NCBI GenBank assembly: GCA_009885805.1
Contig: VFJZ01000007.1
Coordinates: 92,407-156,406, forward strand
DNA: 64,000 nucleotides
Reading direction: 5' to 3'
DNA from: Actinomycetota bacterium
GTDB lineage: Bacteria > Actinomycetota > Thermoleophilia > Gaiellales > F1-60-MAGs149
The translations under genes and the position numbers were made by a program. Of the stretch, positions 53,511 to 62,133 are shown piece after piece; within the stretch, counting starts at the first letter, position 1; the number at the start of each line of letters is the position of its first letter. The notes under the pieces were generated by a model. It did no database searches and was not told the origin of the DNA. It worked only from the letters and a program-made list of their open reading frames with translations.

Positions 53511-55378
53511 GCGTGCGCCTGCTCGCGCGTCTCGGCCGGCGCGGGCTCCGGGAACATCGCGTGCCGCGCTCCCTCGATGCCGTACCCGTACGGGCCGCCG
53601 ACGATGCGTGGCGGCACGTCGAAGTTGAAGATCGGCGGCGGTGACGACACCAGCCACTCGAGCGTCATCGCCCCGAACGGGTTGCTGCCGGACGGCTTGC
53701 CGTGGCGTGCCGAGTGCAGCAGGTTGTAGACGAACAGCAGCATCCCGGCGCCGAGGCAGAACGCGGAGATCGAGATGAACAGGTTCCAGTTGGCGTACGA
53801 CGGGTCGTAGTCGGCGACGCGGCGTGGCATTCCCTCGAGCCCGAGCCAGTGCATCGGGAAGAACGTCAGGTTCGTGAAGATGAAGGTCGACCAGAAGTGC
53901 AGTCGACCGAGCGACTCGGACATGTGCCGCCCGAAGACCTTCGGGTACCAGAAGTAGAGACCGGCGAAGACCGTCATCACCGAGCCGCCGAACAGCACGT
54001 AGTGGAAGTGCGCGACGACGAAGTAGGTGTCGTGGACGTGGTAGGTGAACGGCACCGACGCCAGCCAGATGCCGGTCACGCCGCCGATCACGAACGTGAA
54101 GATGAATCCGGTCGCGAACAGCATCGCGGTCGTCATCTGCAGCACGCCCTGCCAGAGCGTGCCGAGCCACGAGAAGATCTTGATGCCGGTCGGGATCGCG
54201 ATCAGCATCGTCGTGATCATCATCGGCACCCGCAGCCATGGCTCCATGCCGGACGCGAACATGTGGTGCGCCCAGACCGAGAAGCCGAGAATGGCGATGC
54301 CGGCCGACGAGAACGCGATCGCGCGGTAGCCGAAGATCGGTTTCCGGGCCATCACCGAGATCACCTCGGAGATGATCCCGAACCCTGGCAGCACCATGAT
54401 GTACACCGCCGGGTGGGAGTAGAACCAGAAGACGTGCTGGTAGGCAAGCGTGTTGCCGCCGAGGTCCGGTTCGAAGAACGGTGTTCCGATTACGCGGTCG
54501 AACATGTTCATGAACTGCGACCCGGCGATGAACGGCGTCGCGGCGACGACGAGGGCGGAGGTCGCCAGGTTCGCCCAGACCAGCAGCGGCATGCGAAACA
54601 GCGTCATGCCCGGGGCACGCATCGTGATGATCGTAACGAGGAAGTTGACGGCAGTCGCGATCGACGAGGCGCCGCCGATCTGCACGCCGAGCTCGAAGAT
54701 GGTCTCACCCATCGGCCCGCGGGTGGAGAACGGCGGGTAGGCCGTCCAGCCGGACTCGAACGAGCCGACGAGGAAGGCGGACAGGAAGATCAGGCCGGCC
54801 AGTGGCAGCAGCCAGAAGGAGAGCGCGTTGAGGCGCGGGAAGGCCATGTCCGGCGCGCCGAGCATCAGCGGGATCACGAAGTTGCCGATGCCGGCGAAGA
54901 TCGGGATCAGGAAGCCGAGCAGCATGATGATGCCGTGCTGCGACATCAGGCCGTTGTACGCGGACGTGGTGATGAAGTCCTGGCCGGGGTGGGCGAGTTC
55001 GGCGCGGAAGATCTCCGCGAACATGCCGGCGACGAGGAACAGGATCAGCGTCGTGGCGATGTACTGGACGCCGATCACCATGTGGTCGGTGTTGAAGCGG
55101 AAGTAGTCCCGCCAGGAGCGGGCGCCGTGGGCGGAGTGGTCGTCCGGCCGCTCGGCAGCACCGAGCATCCACGGGAACCACGTATCGAACGCGCCGATCC
55201 CGATCAGGAAGCCGATGACGCCGCCCAGGTAGCCGACCGTGATCATCTGCTCGCTGTCGAAGATCGGCGTCATCCCGAACAGGTGCCGTAGCGCCAGCGT
55301 CAGGCACATCACGATCAGCGCCGTCAGCGGCGCCACCCACAGGCAGCGGGCGAGGTTCGGGCGCAGGAAGACGTTCAT
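53507..55378 (-). CDS. ctaD: Cytochrome c oxidase subunit I
   Basis: The heme-copper oxidase signature is present (WFYSHPAVYIMVLPGFG, VWAHHMF, HDTYFVVAHFHYV). The product is 623 aa. Confidence 0.95.
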   Translation of the reverse strand: MNVFLRPNLARCLWVAPLTALIVMCLTLALRHLFGMTPIFDSEQMITVGYLGGVIGFLIGIGAFDTWFPWMLGAAERPDDHSAHGARSWRDYFRFNTDHMVIGVQYIATTLILFLVAGMFAEIFRAELAHPGQDFITTSAYNGLMSQHGIIMLLGFLIPIFAGIGNFVIPLMLGAPDMAFPRLNALSFWLLPLAGLIFLSAFLVGSFESGWTAYPPFSTRGPMGETIFELGVQIGGASSIATAVNFLVTIITMRAPGMTLFRMPLLVWANLATSALVVAATPFIAGSQFMNMFDRVIGTPFFEPDLGGNTLAYQHVFWFYSHPAVYIMVLPGFGIISEVISVMARKPIFGYRAIAFSSAGIAILGFSVWAHHMFASGMEPWLRVPMMITTMLIAIPTGIKIFSWLGTLWQGVLQMTTAMLFATGFIFTFVIGGVTGIWLASVPFTYHVHDTYFVVAHFHYVLFGGSVMTVFAGLYFWYPKVFGRHMSESLGRLHFWSTFIFTNLTFFPMHWLGLEGMPRRVADYDPSYANWNLFISISAFCLGAGMLLFVYNLLHSARHGKPSGSNPFGAMTLEWLVSSPPPIFNFDVPPRIVGGPYGYGIEGARHAMFPEPAPAETREQAHA

Positions 55379-56382
55379 GCCCCACCTCCGGCGAGGGACT
55401 GCACGAGGATGTCGAGGTCACCCGGCGAGAGACTCGCGCCGAAGTCCTTCGGCATGATGTCACCGAACCCCGAAACGAGCGTCGCGCTCGGGTCGGTAAT
55501 CGACTGCCGGATCGCCTCGGCATCGCCGCCGGCCAGACCGTCCAGGCCGGGCCCGACGCCACCGGTGCTCGCCGCGGGCGTCCAGGCATGACAGCCACCG
55601 CAGCCCGCCTTGGTGAAGATCGACACCGCCGCGCCCTCCGGGCTCGACGCCTGCTCGGCCGCGGCCGCCTGAGCCTCGGCCGCCCACGCGTCCCACTCCG
55701 CCTGCGTGACGACACGTACGCGTCGCGGGATCGACCCCTTGACGTCGGTGCCCATCACCGGGTGGCCCGAGCCGCAGATGAACGTGCAGACGAGCTTGAA
55801 GCTGCCGGTCTTCGTCGGGGTCACGCGAAGCGCGGTTTCTCGGCCGGGCGTCGCGTTGATCTGCATGCGCCAGGCGGGGACCCAGAAGCCGTGGATGACG
55901 TCTTTCGTCCTGATGGTGAAGTCGATCTTCGCGCCGACGGGCACCACGAGCTCCGACTGCTGCTCGAGGCCGAGCGACGGATAGTCGTACTTCCAGTCGA
56001 ACTGCTGCCCCCAAACGGTGATCGCCAGGTCGGCCTTGCCGCCCTCGTTGTCGTTCAGTGCCTTCCAGGAGATGGCGGTGAAGAAGATGACGATGATCGC
56101 CGGGATGATCGTCCACCAGATCTCGAGCACGGTGTGGCCGTGCACCGGTGGCGCCACCCGCGTCTCGCCACGGCGGTGCCGGTAAATGACGATCGCAGCG
56201 ACGAGGACGGCCGTGACGAGACCGAAGATCCCGCCGGTGATGATCACCATGATGTCGTAGACCCAGTCGGTGTTCTCCGCCTGCACCGACGCCTGCTCCG
56301 GCATCGTCCCAGCCGCGACGATCGCGACGCCGAGAAGGCAGCCGACGATCGTCCCGACCACTCCGATGATGACTAGCTTCAA
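55375..56382 (-). CDS. ctaC: Cytochrome c oxidase subunit II fused to a C-terminal cytochrome c domain (caa3-type)
   Basis: It has two N-terminal TM segments, CuA site HGFWVP...CTFICGSGHPVM and C-terminal heme c motif CGGCH. Confidence 0.9.
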   Translation of the reverse strand: MKLVIIGVVGTIVGCLLGVAIVAAGTMPEQASVQAENTDWVYDIMVIITGGIFGLVTAVLVAAIVIYRHRRGETRVAPPVHGHTVLEIWWTIIPAIIVIFFTAISWKALNDNEGGKADLAITVWGQQFDWKYDYPSLGLEQQSELVVPVGAKIDFTIRTKDVIHGFWVPAWRMQINATPGRETALRVTPTKTGSFKLVCTFICGSGHPVMGTDVKGSIPRRVRVVTQAEWDAWAAEAQAAAAEQASSPEGAAVSIFTKAGCGGCHAWTPAASTGGVGPGLDGLAGGDAEAIRQSITDPSATLVSGFGDIMPKDFGASLSPGDLDILVQSLAGGGA

Positions 56383-56543
56383 CGATGCTCCTCAGCACGG
56401 CGCGCAGACGTCCCCGGACGCTGCTCGGCCACCCGGGGCGAAATCGTAGTGCTCGGGCAGGACGGCGGCAACGTTGAAACAGACGGCACGAAGATGATTT
56501 GGGGCGCTGCGGCCGAGATGCGAGCCGCTACACTCGGAAGCAT

Positions 56544-56852
56544 ATGTCCGATGAGACCGCGCCCGCAGCGCTCCTGACCGAGTCCGACTATGCCAACCGC
56601 GTGCTGCCGACCCGTGAGTCCCCGAGCGAGGTCGGTTCGACGCTGCTTGCAGCGGCGGCGATCGTGCTCGGGCTGTCGGCTCTGATCTTCACGCCCTTCA
56701 AGCCCGGCTTCGCCGCCATCGGGCTCTCGATCATCGCGGTCGCCACCGCCGGCGACCGCGGCCGCCTGCCGCGGATCGCGATGACCGTGGCCGGTGTCTG
56801 CTGGCTCCTCGGTGGGATCCTCGCGGTCATCGGCGACAAGCCCGTCTGGTAA
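56544..56852 (+). CDS. Small hypothetical membrane protein (102 aa)
   Basis: It starts at ATG 56544 and has three hydrophobic segments. I recognised no family. Confidence 0.35.
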   Translation: MSDETAPAALLTESDYANRVLPTRESPSEVGSTLLAAAAIVLGLSALIFTPFKPGFAAIGLSIIAVATAGDRGRLPRIAMTVAGVCWLLGGILAVIGDKPVW

Positions 56853-56857
56853 GTCGT

Positions 56858-57046
56858 TCAGCCGGCTGCGAGCAGCATCGTCAGCGTGACGCCGCCGACG
56901 TAGGCGATCGCTGCGATCACGGCGATCGTCGTTGCCCCGAGCGGCGTCGTGATCACCAGGACCGCCACCAGCACACCGACGACGAGCGCGACCACGAGTG
57001 CCGTCTCGAACAGCGTGCGTCGGTCGAAGTCGTCGAACTCGGGCAT
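56858..57046 (-). CDS. Small hypothetical membrane protein (62 aa)
   Basis: It has an acidic N-terminus and two hydrophobic segments. It is weakly supported. Confidence 0.3.
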   Translation of the reverse strand: MPEFDDFDRRTLFETALVVALVVGVLVAVLVITTPLGATTIAVIAAIAYVGGVTLTMLLAAG

Positions 57047-57142
57047 CTGCGATCACGGAGCGTAGTCGGTCGTCGGAGACATGGTCTGATCGCTCCTCCC
57101 TGCGACGCCCGATAATCACCGTTATGTCAAGTTGAAGTGCGC

Positions 57143-57186
57143 CACCTGGTCTTCCTGGACCTTTCACCTGGTCCGTCGCCTGGTCC
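57143..57186 (+). repeat. Four direct CCTGG(T/A)C(C) repeats (CCTGG cores start at 57145, 57154, 57167 and 57179) in the promoter region of the LuxR-type regulator
   Basis: The stretch CACCTGGTC-TTCCTGGAC-CTTTCACCTGGTCC-GTCGCCTGGTCC was read directly. Confidence 0.6.
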
Positions 57187-57304
57187 GGTCCCGTTTCCCA
57201 CCCACTTTGCGGCATTCATCGTTGCGTCGGGTACGGCGGAAGTGGTAGAAACCATCTAAATCAGCGGTCGTACCTCGATACACCGCGGGAAAGGCCCCGA
57301 CACG

Positions 57305-58042
57305 ATGGACGGCATCCCCACGCCTTCCGACCCGCTTTTCGAGTTGCTCGCCGCTGCCCGGCGGCGGCGTCGCCCGGAGCGAGCGCTGCTGCTGCTGGAC
57401 GACACGTTGCTCGCGACGGTGATCGAGGCGGCCATCGCGCGATCCGACGCGCTCGAGGTCGTCGCCGTCACGTCATCCGAGCAGGAGGCTCTGGAGATCC
57501 TCCGCCTCGAGCGCGTCGACCTCGTCCTCGTCGACGCCGACGCCGACCCGCTCCCGGTCGTCGTCCGACGCGTCGAGGCGATCGCCCGGGTCGCGCCGGT
57601 TCGCATCGTCTGTCTGATCGCCGCGGGCGACGGCCGTGTCACCCGTCCGCTGTGCGAGGCAGGTGCCGCGTCGTGCGTTCTCAAGAGCGTCTGTCCCGAC
57701 GACCTCGCGGCGGTCGTCCGCCACGCCGGACGTGGTGCGATCTTCCACGCGCCCCCGGCCGACGACGGCTGGGACGCCGCTCAGGGCGCAGCCGGCCTGA
57801 CGCTCCGCGAACTCGAGGTGCTGCGCCTGGCCGCCCAGGGTCTGGGCAACAAGCAGATCGCCCAGCGCCTCTGGGTGACGCAGAAGACGATCAAGTTCCA
57901 CCTCTCGAACGTGTTCCGCAAGCTCCGCGTCACGAATCGCTTCGAGGCGACGCGCCGCGCCCAGCAGCTCGGGCTCCTGCGCGTCGTAGAGCGGGACACG
58001 CTCGACGGTGGCGGCCCCGCCGTCGCGGTCGTCGGCGCGTAG
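57305..58042 (+). CDS. NarL/FixJ (LuxR) family response regulator with an atypical receiver domain
   Basis: The receiver-like N-terminus has LLLLDD, DLVLVDAD and VLKS, but lacks the usual MPxxdG and T/S87 context. The C-terminal HTH reads LTLRELEVLRLAAQGLGNKQIAQRLWVTQKTIKFHLSNVFRKLRV. Confidence 0.75.
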   Translation: MDGIPTPSDPLFELLAAARRRRRPERALLLLDDTLLATVIEAAIARSDALEVVAVTSSEQEALEILRLERVDLVLVDADADPLPVVVRRVEAIARVAPVRIVCLIAAGDGRVTRPLCEAGAASCVLKSVCPDDLAAVVRHAGRGAIFHAPPADDGWDAAQGAAGLTLRELEVLRLAAQGLGNKQIAQRLWVTQKTIKFHLSNVFRKLRVTNRFEATRRAQQLGLLRVVERDTLDGGGPAVAVVGA

Positions 58043-58059
58043 CAGGGCCGGAAAGGGGG

Positions 58060-58092
58060 GGTGCGGCCGGGCCCTGAGGGCCCGGCCGCACC
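58060..58092. terminator. Perfect 15-bp inverted repeat (GGTGCGGCCGGGCCC-TGA-GGGCCCGGCCGCACC) between convergent genes
   Basis: The repeat was read directly. It lies 18 nt after the LuxR-type gene stop. Confidence 0.5.
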
Positions 58093-58267
58093 TTGCACTC
58101 CCGGAGGCCCGGCGGGACACTGCGGCCCCTGCGGTCCCATGATGCCGGGTTGGCCCGGGAATCCTGTTCCGCGCCGAGTGGCGCGGTCTCTCGCCGGCGG
58201 TTGGCCCGCGACGCAGGGTGTCGTCGTGGGCTCGCCGCGACCGAGCGAGTCTCGTTGACCGGGCGCT

Positions 58268-58299
58268 GGCGTCTCCGGTGCCGAGGCACCGGAGACGCC
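58268..58299. terminator. Perfect 14-15-bp inverted repeat (GGCGTCTCCGGTGCC-GA-GGCACCGGAGACGCC) just downstream of the minus-strand 740-aa gene
   Basis: The repeat was read directly. It lies 24 nt from the stop at 58323..58325. Confidence 0.5.
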
Positions 58300-58322
58300 A
58301 CGCTCGGATCGGGGGACGTTGG

Positions 58323-60545
58323 TTAGCGGACGCGGATGACCCGGACGTTGACCGACTTGACTGCCTTCGACAGCGTCGGCTTCTTCAGGCGGATCGTCCG
58401 GTTGGTGCGGATGTCGACCAGTCGCGAGGCGATCAGGCCGTTCGTCCTGTTGCGGAACTGGATCCGGACGCGCGCGATCTTCTTCGCCGAGTTGACGCGG
58501 AGCACCAGGTACTTGGAGCCCTTGAGCGTGATCGTTCGGACGAAGGCGAGCGTGAAGGCGGGCTTCGCCGTCACCTGCTTGACGGTCGGCGGTACCGGCG
58601 AGACCGGCGGCGGAGTCGTCGCGCTGGACGAGCCCGGGATGCTGAAGTCCACGAACACGTGCCGGAACAGGCGCTCATCGACGAAGTTCGCGATCACGTT
58701 GACACGCGTCGGGTTCGAGTTGAGCACCTCGACCGCGGCGTTGCCGAGGCCGTTGGTGACGACGCACACGCGCCTACCGAGCGGATCGTGGCCCGGATAC
58801 GAGCCCTGGGTGTCGATCGGGGCGTTCAGCGGGCCCGTGACGCCGTCGAAGAAGATCATGTCCTCGGCGTTGTGGTCGGCCGAGAAACAGACCGTCTCGT
58901 GGGCGAAGGGCTGGCCGTCGACGTCCTGGGCGTGCACGGCGACGATCCGGGCGATGTCCGTCTCCGGGTTCGGCTGCGACGTCCACTTCGGCCAGTAGGT
59001 GATCGTCTTCGACCAGAGCGAGTTGACGACCTTTCGGAGCGCCAGCGACGTCTTCGCCGGGTCCGTGACCGGCTGGTACGGGTACCTGGCGGTGGCGGTG
59101 ATGTCGGAGTGGCCGAGGTCGATGACGTTGCGCAGGTCGCAACCACGGTTGTTGTCGAAGATCACGGCCGGATGCAGGTGCGGGAAGAAGTCGACGCCCG
59201 GCCGGTACGCGACCTGGGCCTCGCCGTGCTCGTCGGTGTAGACCGCGATGCTCTGCGGACCGTGCGGCGTCCAGCGGTAGTCGGCGACCTGATCGTACTT
59301 CGCGCCGTTCAGACGGCGCAGGCAGTGCGTCCACGTGCCGACGCCTTCGACGAGCGTCCGGGTGACGGCCCAGTTCGTGTACAGGTCGTTGTGGAGGAAG
59401 CCGTTGAAGTTGTTGGCCACGCCGCCGTCGATGCCGGAACTGAGGCCGGGTCGCGAGGTGGCCGGAATGTACTGGGCGTTGAACGGCGCGTAGATGTTCT
59501 CGCTCGTGCCGTTGCCCGAGCCGTCGCGGCTGTACACCTGCTGCTTGCGCACCGGGTGCAGCGTGCCGAGGCCGCTCTTGTCGCCGAACACGCCGGTGTT
59601 TGGCTTGATCGTGACGTCGACGCGCGCGGCCGGCATCGGGGCGTCGCCCCAGTCCAGCACGCCGTCGGGTAGTAGTGTCTCGTCAGGCCGGACCGGGTCG
59701 AACGGACCCTCTCCGGTCGACGGGCCCAACGTCAGCGGCGCCGTGGCGAGCCGGGAGAACGTCCAGGCGTCGTTCAGGAACAGCGGACCCTGCACCTGGT
59801 TGTCGACGGGATCCTGGAAGGCGAATGCGGTCTCGACGTCGTTGTCGTGGATATCCCAGCGCATCCAGGGCGTGGCGTTGAACACATTGGCGTCGGTCGC
59901 CATCACCCCGGCGAGTGCAGCCCAGGCGTCGGGCAGCGTGATCGACGATCCGAGGCCGAGCTCCGAGTAGTTGTTGAGCAGCGGCAGGCTGCCCTTCACC
60001 TTGACGCTGATGCGTCCGTCGTTGCCGCCGGCGTTGAAGATGCCGTCGCCGAGCGGGTCGCCGAGCGGCGGCCCGTTCAAACCGGTCGAGTCGTTCGCGC
60101 CGATCTCGTCGATCGACGGGGTCAGCAGACTCATCCAGGCGACGTTGAAGATGTGGGTCATCACGGGCGTCGTGCCGTGCTTCGCGATCATCTTGATCTT
60201 CGCGATTCCGGCCTTCTCGGAGGAGACCGTCACCCGCGCGCAGAAGCCCTGCTCACGGCTCAGGAAGATCTCCGACGTGCCCTCGAACTGGACTGGCGGT
60301 ACGGACGCGAGTCCGCTCCAGTCGACGACTTCGAAGGTGACGCTGCGCGCCGGGCCGAGTTCGATCGCCGGCGCAAGGATCGGATCGCACTTCACGATCC
60401 GGACGTGCTCGCCTCGCCAGGCGAGGTAGGGGATGTTCGTCGTCGACGGATCGGGATCCGTCGCGGCGCCGGCGATGGGGACCGCGGCGACGCCTGACGA
60501 GAGCAGCGCCAATGGCAGCGCTACTCGGCGGACGAGTCTGTGCAT
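58323..60545 (-). CDS. Large secreted protein of unknown function, with Ig-like (Big_1-like) segments and a basic C-terminal domain
   Basis: The signal peptide is MHRLVRRVALPLALLSSGVAAVPIAGAA. Ig-like stretches are VTVSSEKAGIAKIKMIAK and IVAVHAQDVDGQPFAHETVCFSADH...VVTNGLGNAAVEVL. A Pro-rich linker is followed by an ~85-aa Lys/Arg-rich tail. Confidence 0.6.
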   Translation of the reverse strand: MHRLVRRVALPLALLSSGVAAVPIAGAATDPDPSTTNIPYLAWRGEHVRIVKCDPILAPAIELGPARSVTFEVVDWSGLASVPPVQFEGTSEIFLSREQGFCARVTVSSEKAGIAKIKMIAKHGTTPVMTHIFNVAWMSLLTPSIDEIGANDSTGLNGPPLGDPLGDGIFNAGGNDGRISVKVKGSLPLLNNYSELGLGSSITLPDAWAALAGVMATDANVFNATPWMRWDIHDNDVETAFAFQDPVDNQVQGPLFLNDAWTFSRLATAPLTLGPSTGEGPFDPVRPDETLLPDGVLDWGDAPMPAARVDVTIKPNTGVFGDKSGLGTLHPVRKQQVYSRDGSGNGTSENIYAPFNAQYIPATSRPGLSSGIDGGVANNFNGFLHNDLYTNWAVTRTLVEGVGTWTHCLRRLNGAKYDQVADYRWTPHGPQSIAVYTDEHGEAQVAYRPGVDFFPHLHPAVIFDNNRGCDLRNVIDLGHSDITATARYPYQPVTDPAKTSLALRKVVNSLWSKTITYWPKWTSQPNPETDIARIVAVHAQDVDGQPFAHETVCFSADHNAEDMIFFDGVTGPLNAPIDTQGSYPGHDPLGRRVCVVTNGLGNAAVEVLNSNPTRVNVIANFVDERLFRHVFVDFSIPGSSSATTPPPVSPVPPTVKQVTAKPAFTLAFVRTITLKGSKYLVLRVNSAKKIARVRIQFRNRTNGLIASRLVDIRTNRTIRLKKPTLSKAVKSVNVRVIRVR

Positions 60546-60690
60546 GTGGACCTCCTGGGGCCTTGGGGACCGACTGCCAGCCTATGCCCGTTGTGGGGCA
60601 GACCACCAGACCAGCCGCAGGCGGGGCTGGAAGCCCGGCCAGGGGCCCGGGTTCAGGACCTGGCCGCGTCCCTGGACCGGTCCGGGACGG

Positions 60691-61065
60691 TCAGGCGCAC
60701 GAGCGCTCGACGCGGACGACGACCGTCGTGCCGACCGGCACGCGCGCGCCGGTCGCGGGCGTCGTCGCGCAGACCACCCAGCCGCTGTCGTCGAGCACTC
60801 CGAGCAGGCCGCCGCCGTCGATCCGGCGCTCCAGCGCCGACGCTTCGAGGAGCGCGGTCGCCTCGTCCAGGCGCACTCCGACGAGCGCCGGGACGGCGAC
60901 GCGGGGATCGGGCGCTGGCGCCGTCGTCGCGACCGTCACGGTGACGGCCACCGGTGCCGGCAACGCCGGCGCCTCGGGATCGCCGGCGACGAGCGCCACG
61001 GTCACCCCGGCGCCGAGCGCGGCCGCGGCTGCCATCGCGGCGAGGAGTCGACGACGGACGTCCAC
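60691..61065 (-). CDS. Small membrane-anchored PASTA-domain protein
   Basis: An N-terminal TM is followed by a Pro/Ala linker and a single PASTA-like unit (VPALVGVRLDEATALLEASAL...VVCATTPATGARVPVGTTVVVRV). Confidence 0.55.
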   Translation of the reverse strand: MDVRRRLLAAMAAAAALGAGVTVALVAGDPEAPALPAPVAVTVTVATTAPAPDPRVAVPALVGVRLDEATALLEASALERRIDGGGLLGVLDDSGWVVCATTPATGARVPVGTTVVVRVERSCA

Positions 61066-61099
61066 GAAAGGATGCTAGCGACGTGCCGATACCTGGAGG

Positions 61100-61936
61100 G
61101 TGGGACTTGCCGCCGACCTCCCCCCTCCTCCCGCCATCGGCCGGCCCGCGCCGATGGCCCTCGTGGCCGCCGTCCGGCTCCCGGCTGCCTCGCGCTGGGC
61201 GCTGCCGCCGCTGATCCGCCTGCGCGCTCCGGTGGCGCCAAAGGTGCCGGGCACCTTTGGCGCCACGGCGGCGTCGGAGCGTGCGCTCGACAACCCCGCC
61301 CTCGCGATCGCGCCCGACGCGCTGCGGGCTCTGCAGAGCGGCCGCGGGACGCGCGCGCTCGCGCCGCTCGCGGCGCTGCGGGCGTCGCCCCGCGGCCCGC
61401 TCCTGATCCTCCGCGTCGAGGAGGGACAGATCATCGCGCAGGCGGCGAGCGTCGAGCGGACGAAGGAGGTCGTCGCAGCCCTCGCGACGCTGCCCGACGA
61501 CGAGCGGCCGCGCGTGCTGCTCGAGCCCGCTCCCGGCGACATCGCCGACGCCAGCGGCCCGCCGGAGCCGCGCGCCGGCGAACTCGAGAGCCTCAAGCCC
61601 GTCTACATCCAGGCCGGCCTGCGGCACGGCATCGACTGGCGCGTCCTCGCCGCCATCAACGTCGTCGAGACCAACCTCGGCACGAACGTGAACACGTCGT
61701 ACGCCGGCGCCGTCGGCTGGATGCAGTTCATGCCGGCAACGTGGCGCGCCTACGGTGTCGATGCCTCGGGCGACGGCATCGCCGACCCCTACGACCCGCA
61801 CGACGCGATCGAGTCGGCCGCGAACTACCTGGAGGCGTCCGGAGCGCGGCGCGACATCCGCCGCGCCCTCTACGCCTACAACCACGCCTGGTGGTACGTC
61901 GACAAGGTCCTACGGATCGCCACGACGATGCGCTGA
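61100..61936 (+). CDS. Lytic murein transglycosylase (MltB/SLT_2-like catalytic domain); start codon uncertain
   Basis: The C-terminal domain reads WRVLAAINVVETNLGTN...YAGAVGWMQFMPATWRAYGVDASGDGIADPYDPHDAIESAANYL. The N-terminal ~140 aa is unremarkable and contains the palindrome listed next. Confidence 0.65.
   Translation: MGLAADLPPPPAIGRPAPMALVAAVRLPAASRWALPPLIRLRAPVAPKVPGTFGATAASERALDNPALAIAPDALRALQSGRGTRALAPLAALRASPRGPLLILRVEEGQIIAQAASVERTKEVVAALATLPDDERPRVLLEPAPGDIADASGPPEPRAGELESLKPVYIQAGLRHGIDWRVLAAINVVETNLGTNVNTSYAGAVGWMQFMPATWRAYGVDASGDGIADPYDPHDAIESAANYLEASGARRDIRRALYAYNHAWWYVDKVLRIATTMR
61232..61266. repeat. Perfect 35-nt palindrome (GTGGCGCCAAAGGTGCC-G-GGCACCTTTGGCGCCAC)
   Basis: The palindrome was read directly, with 17 bp per arm. 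It lies within or just upstream of the 5' part of the transglycosylase ORF. Confidence 0.9.
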
Positions 61937-62133
61937 GCCTGGACCCGGCGCTGTCCGCCGACATCGCATCCCGCCAGGAGGACTCCAGGCCGCTCCCCAG
62001 CCGGGCTCCGGCCTCGTCGCTTCGCTCCGCAGGCCTGCACCCGTCCAGTCGCTTCGGCGCGCCGCCCTGAAGCCTCCGGCCGGCGCGCTGCGCGCCGTCC
62101 ACCACCGGATCCAGGCTGAGTAGACTCAGACGC

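Noticed and set aside
61066-61400. A c-di-AMP (ydaO-type) riboswitch upstream of the transglycosylase, as often found before cell-wall hydrolase genes in Actinobacteria.
   Set aside because: I could not find the conserved ydaO core elements or its pseudo-twofold architecture by eye. Only the palindrome and a GGAGG-containing hairpin are evident. A covariance-model scan (Rfam RF00379) would be needed to exclude it formally.
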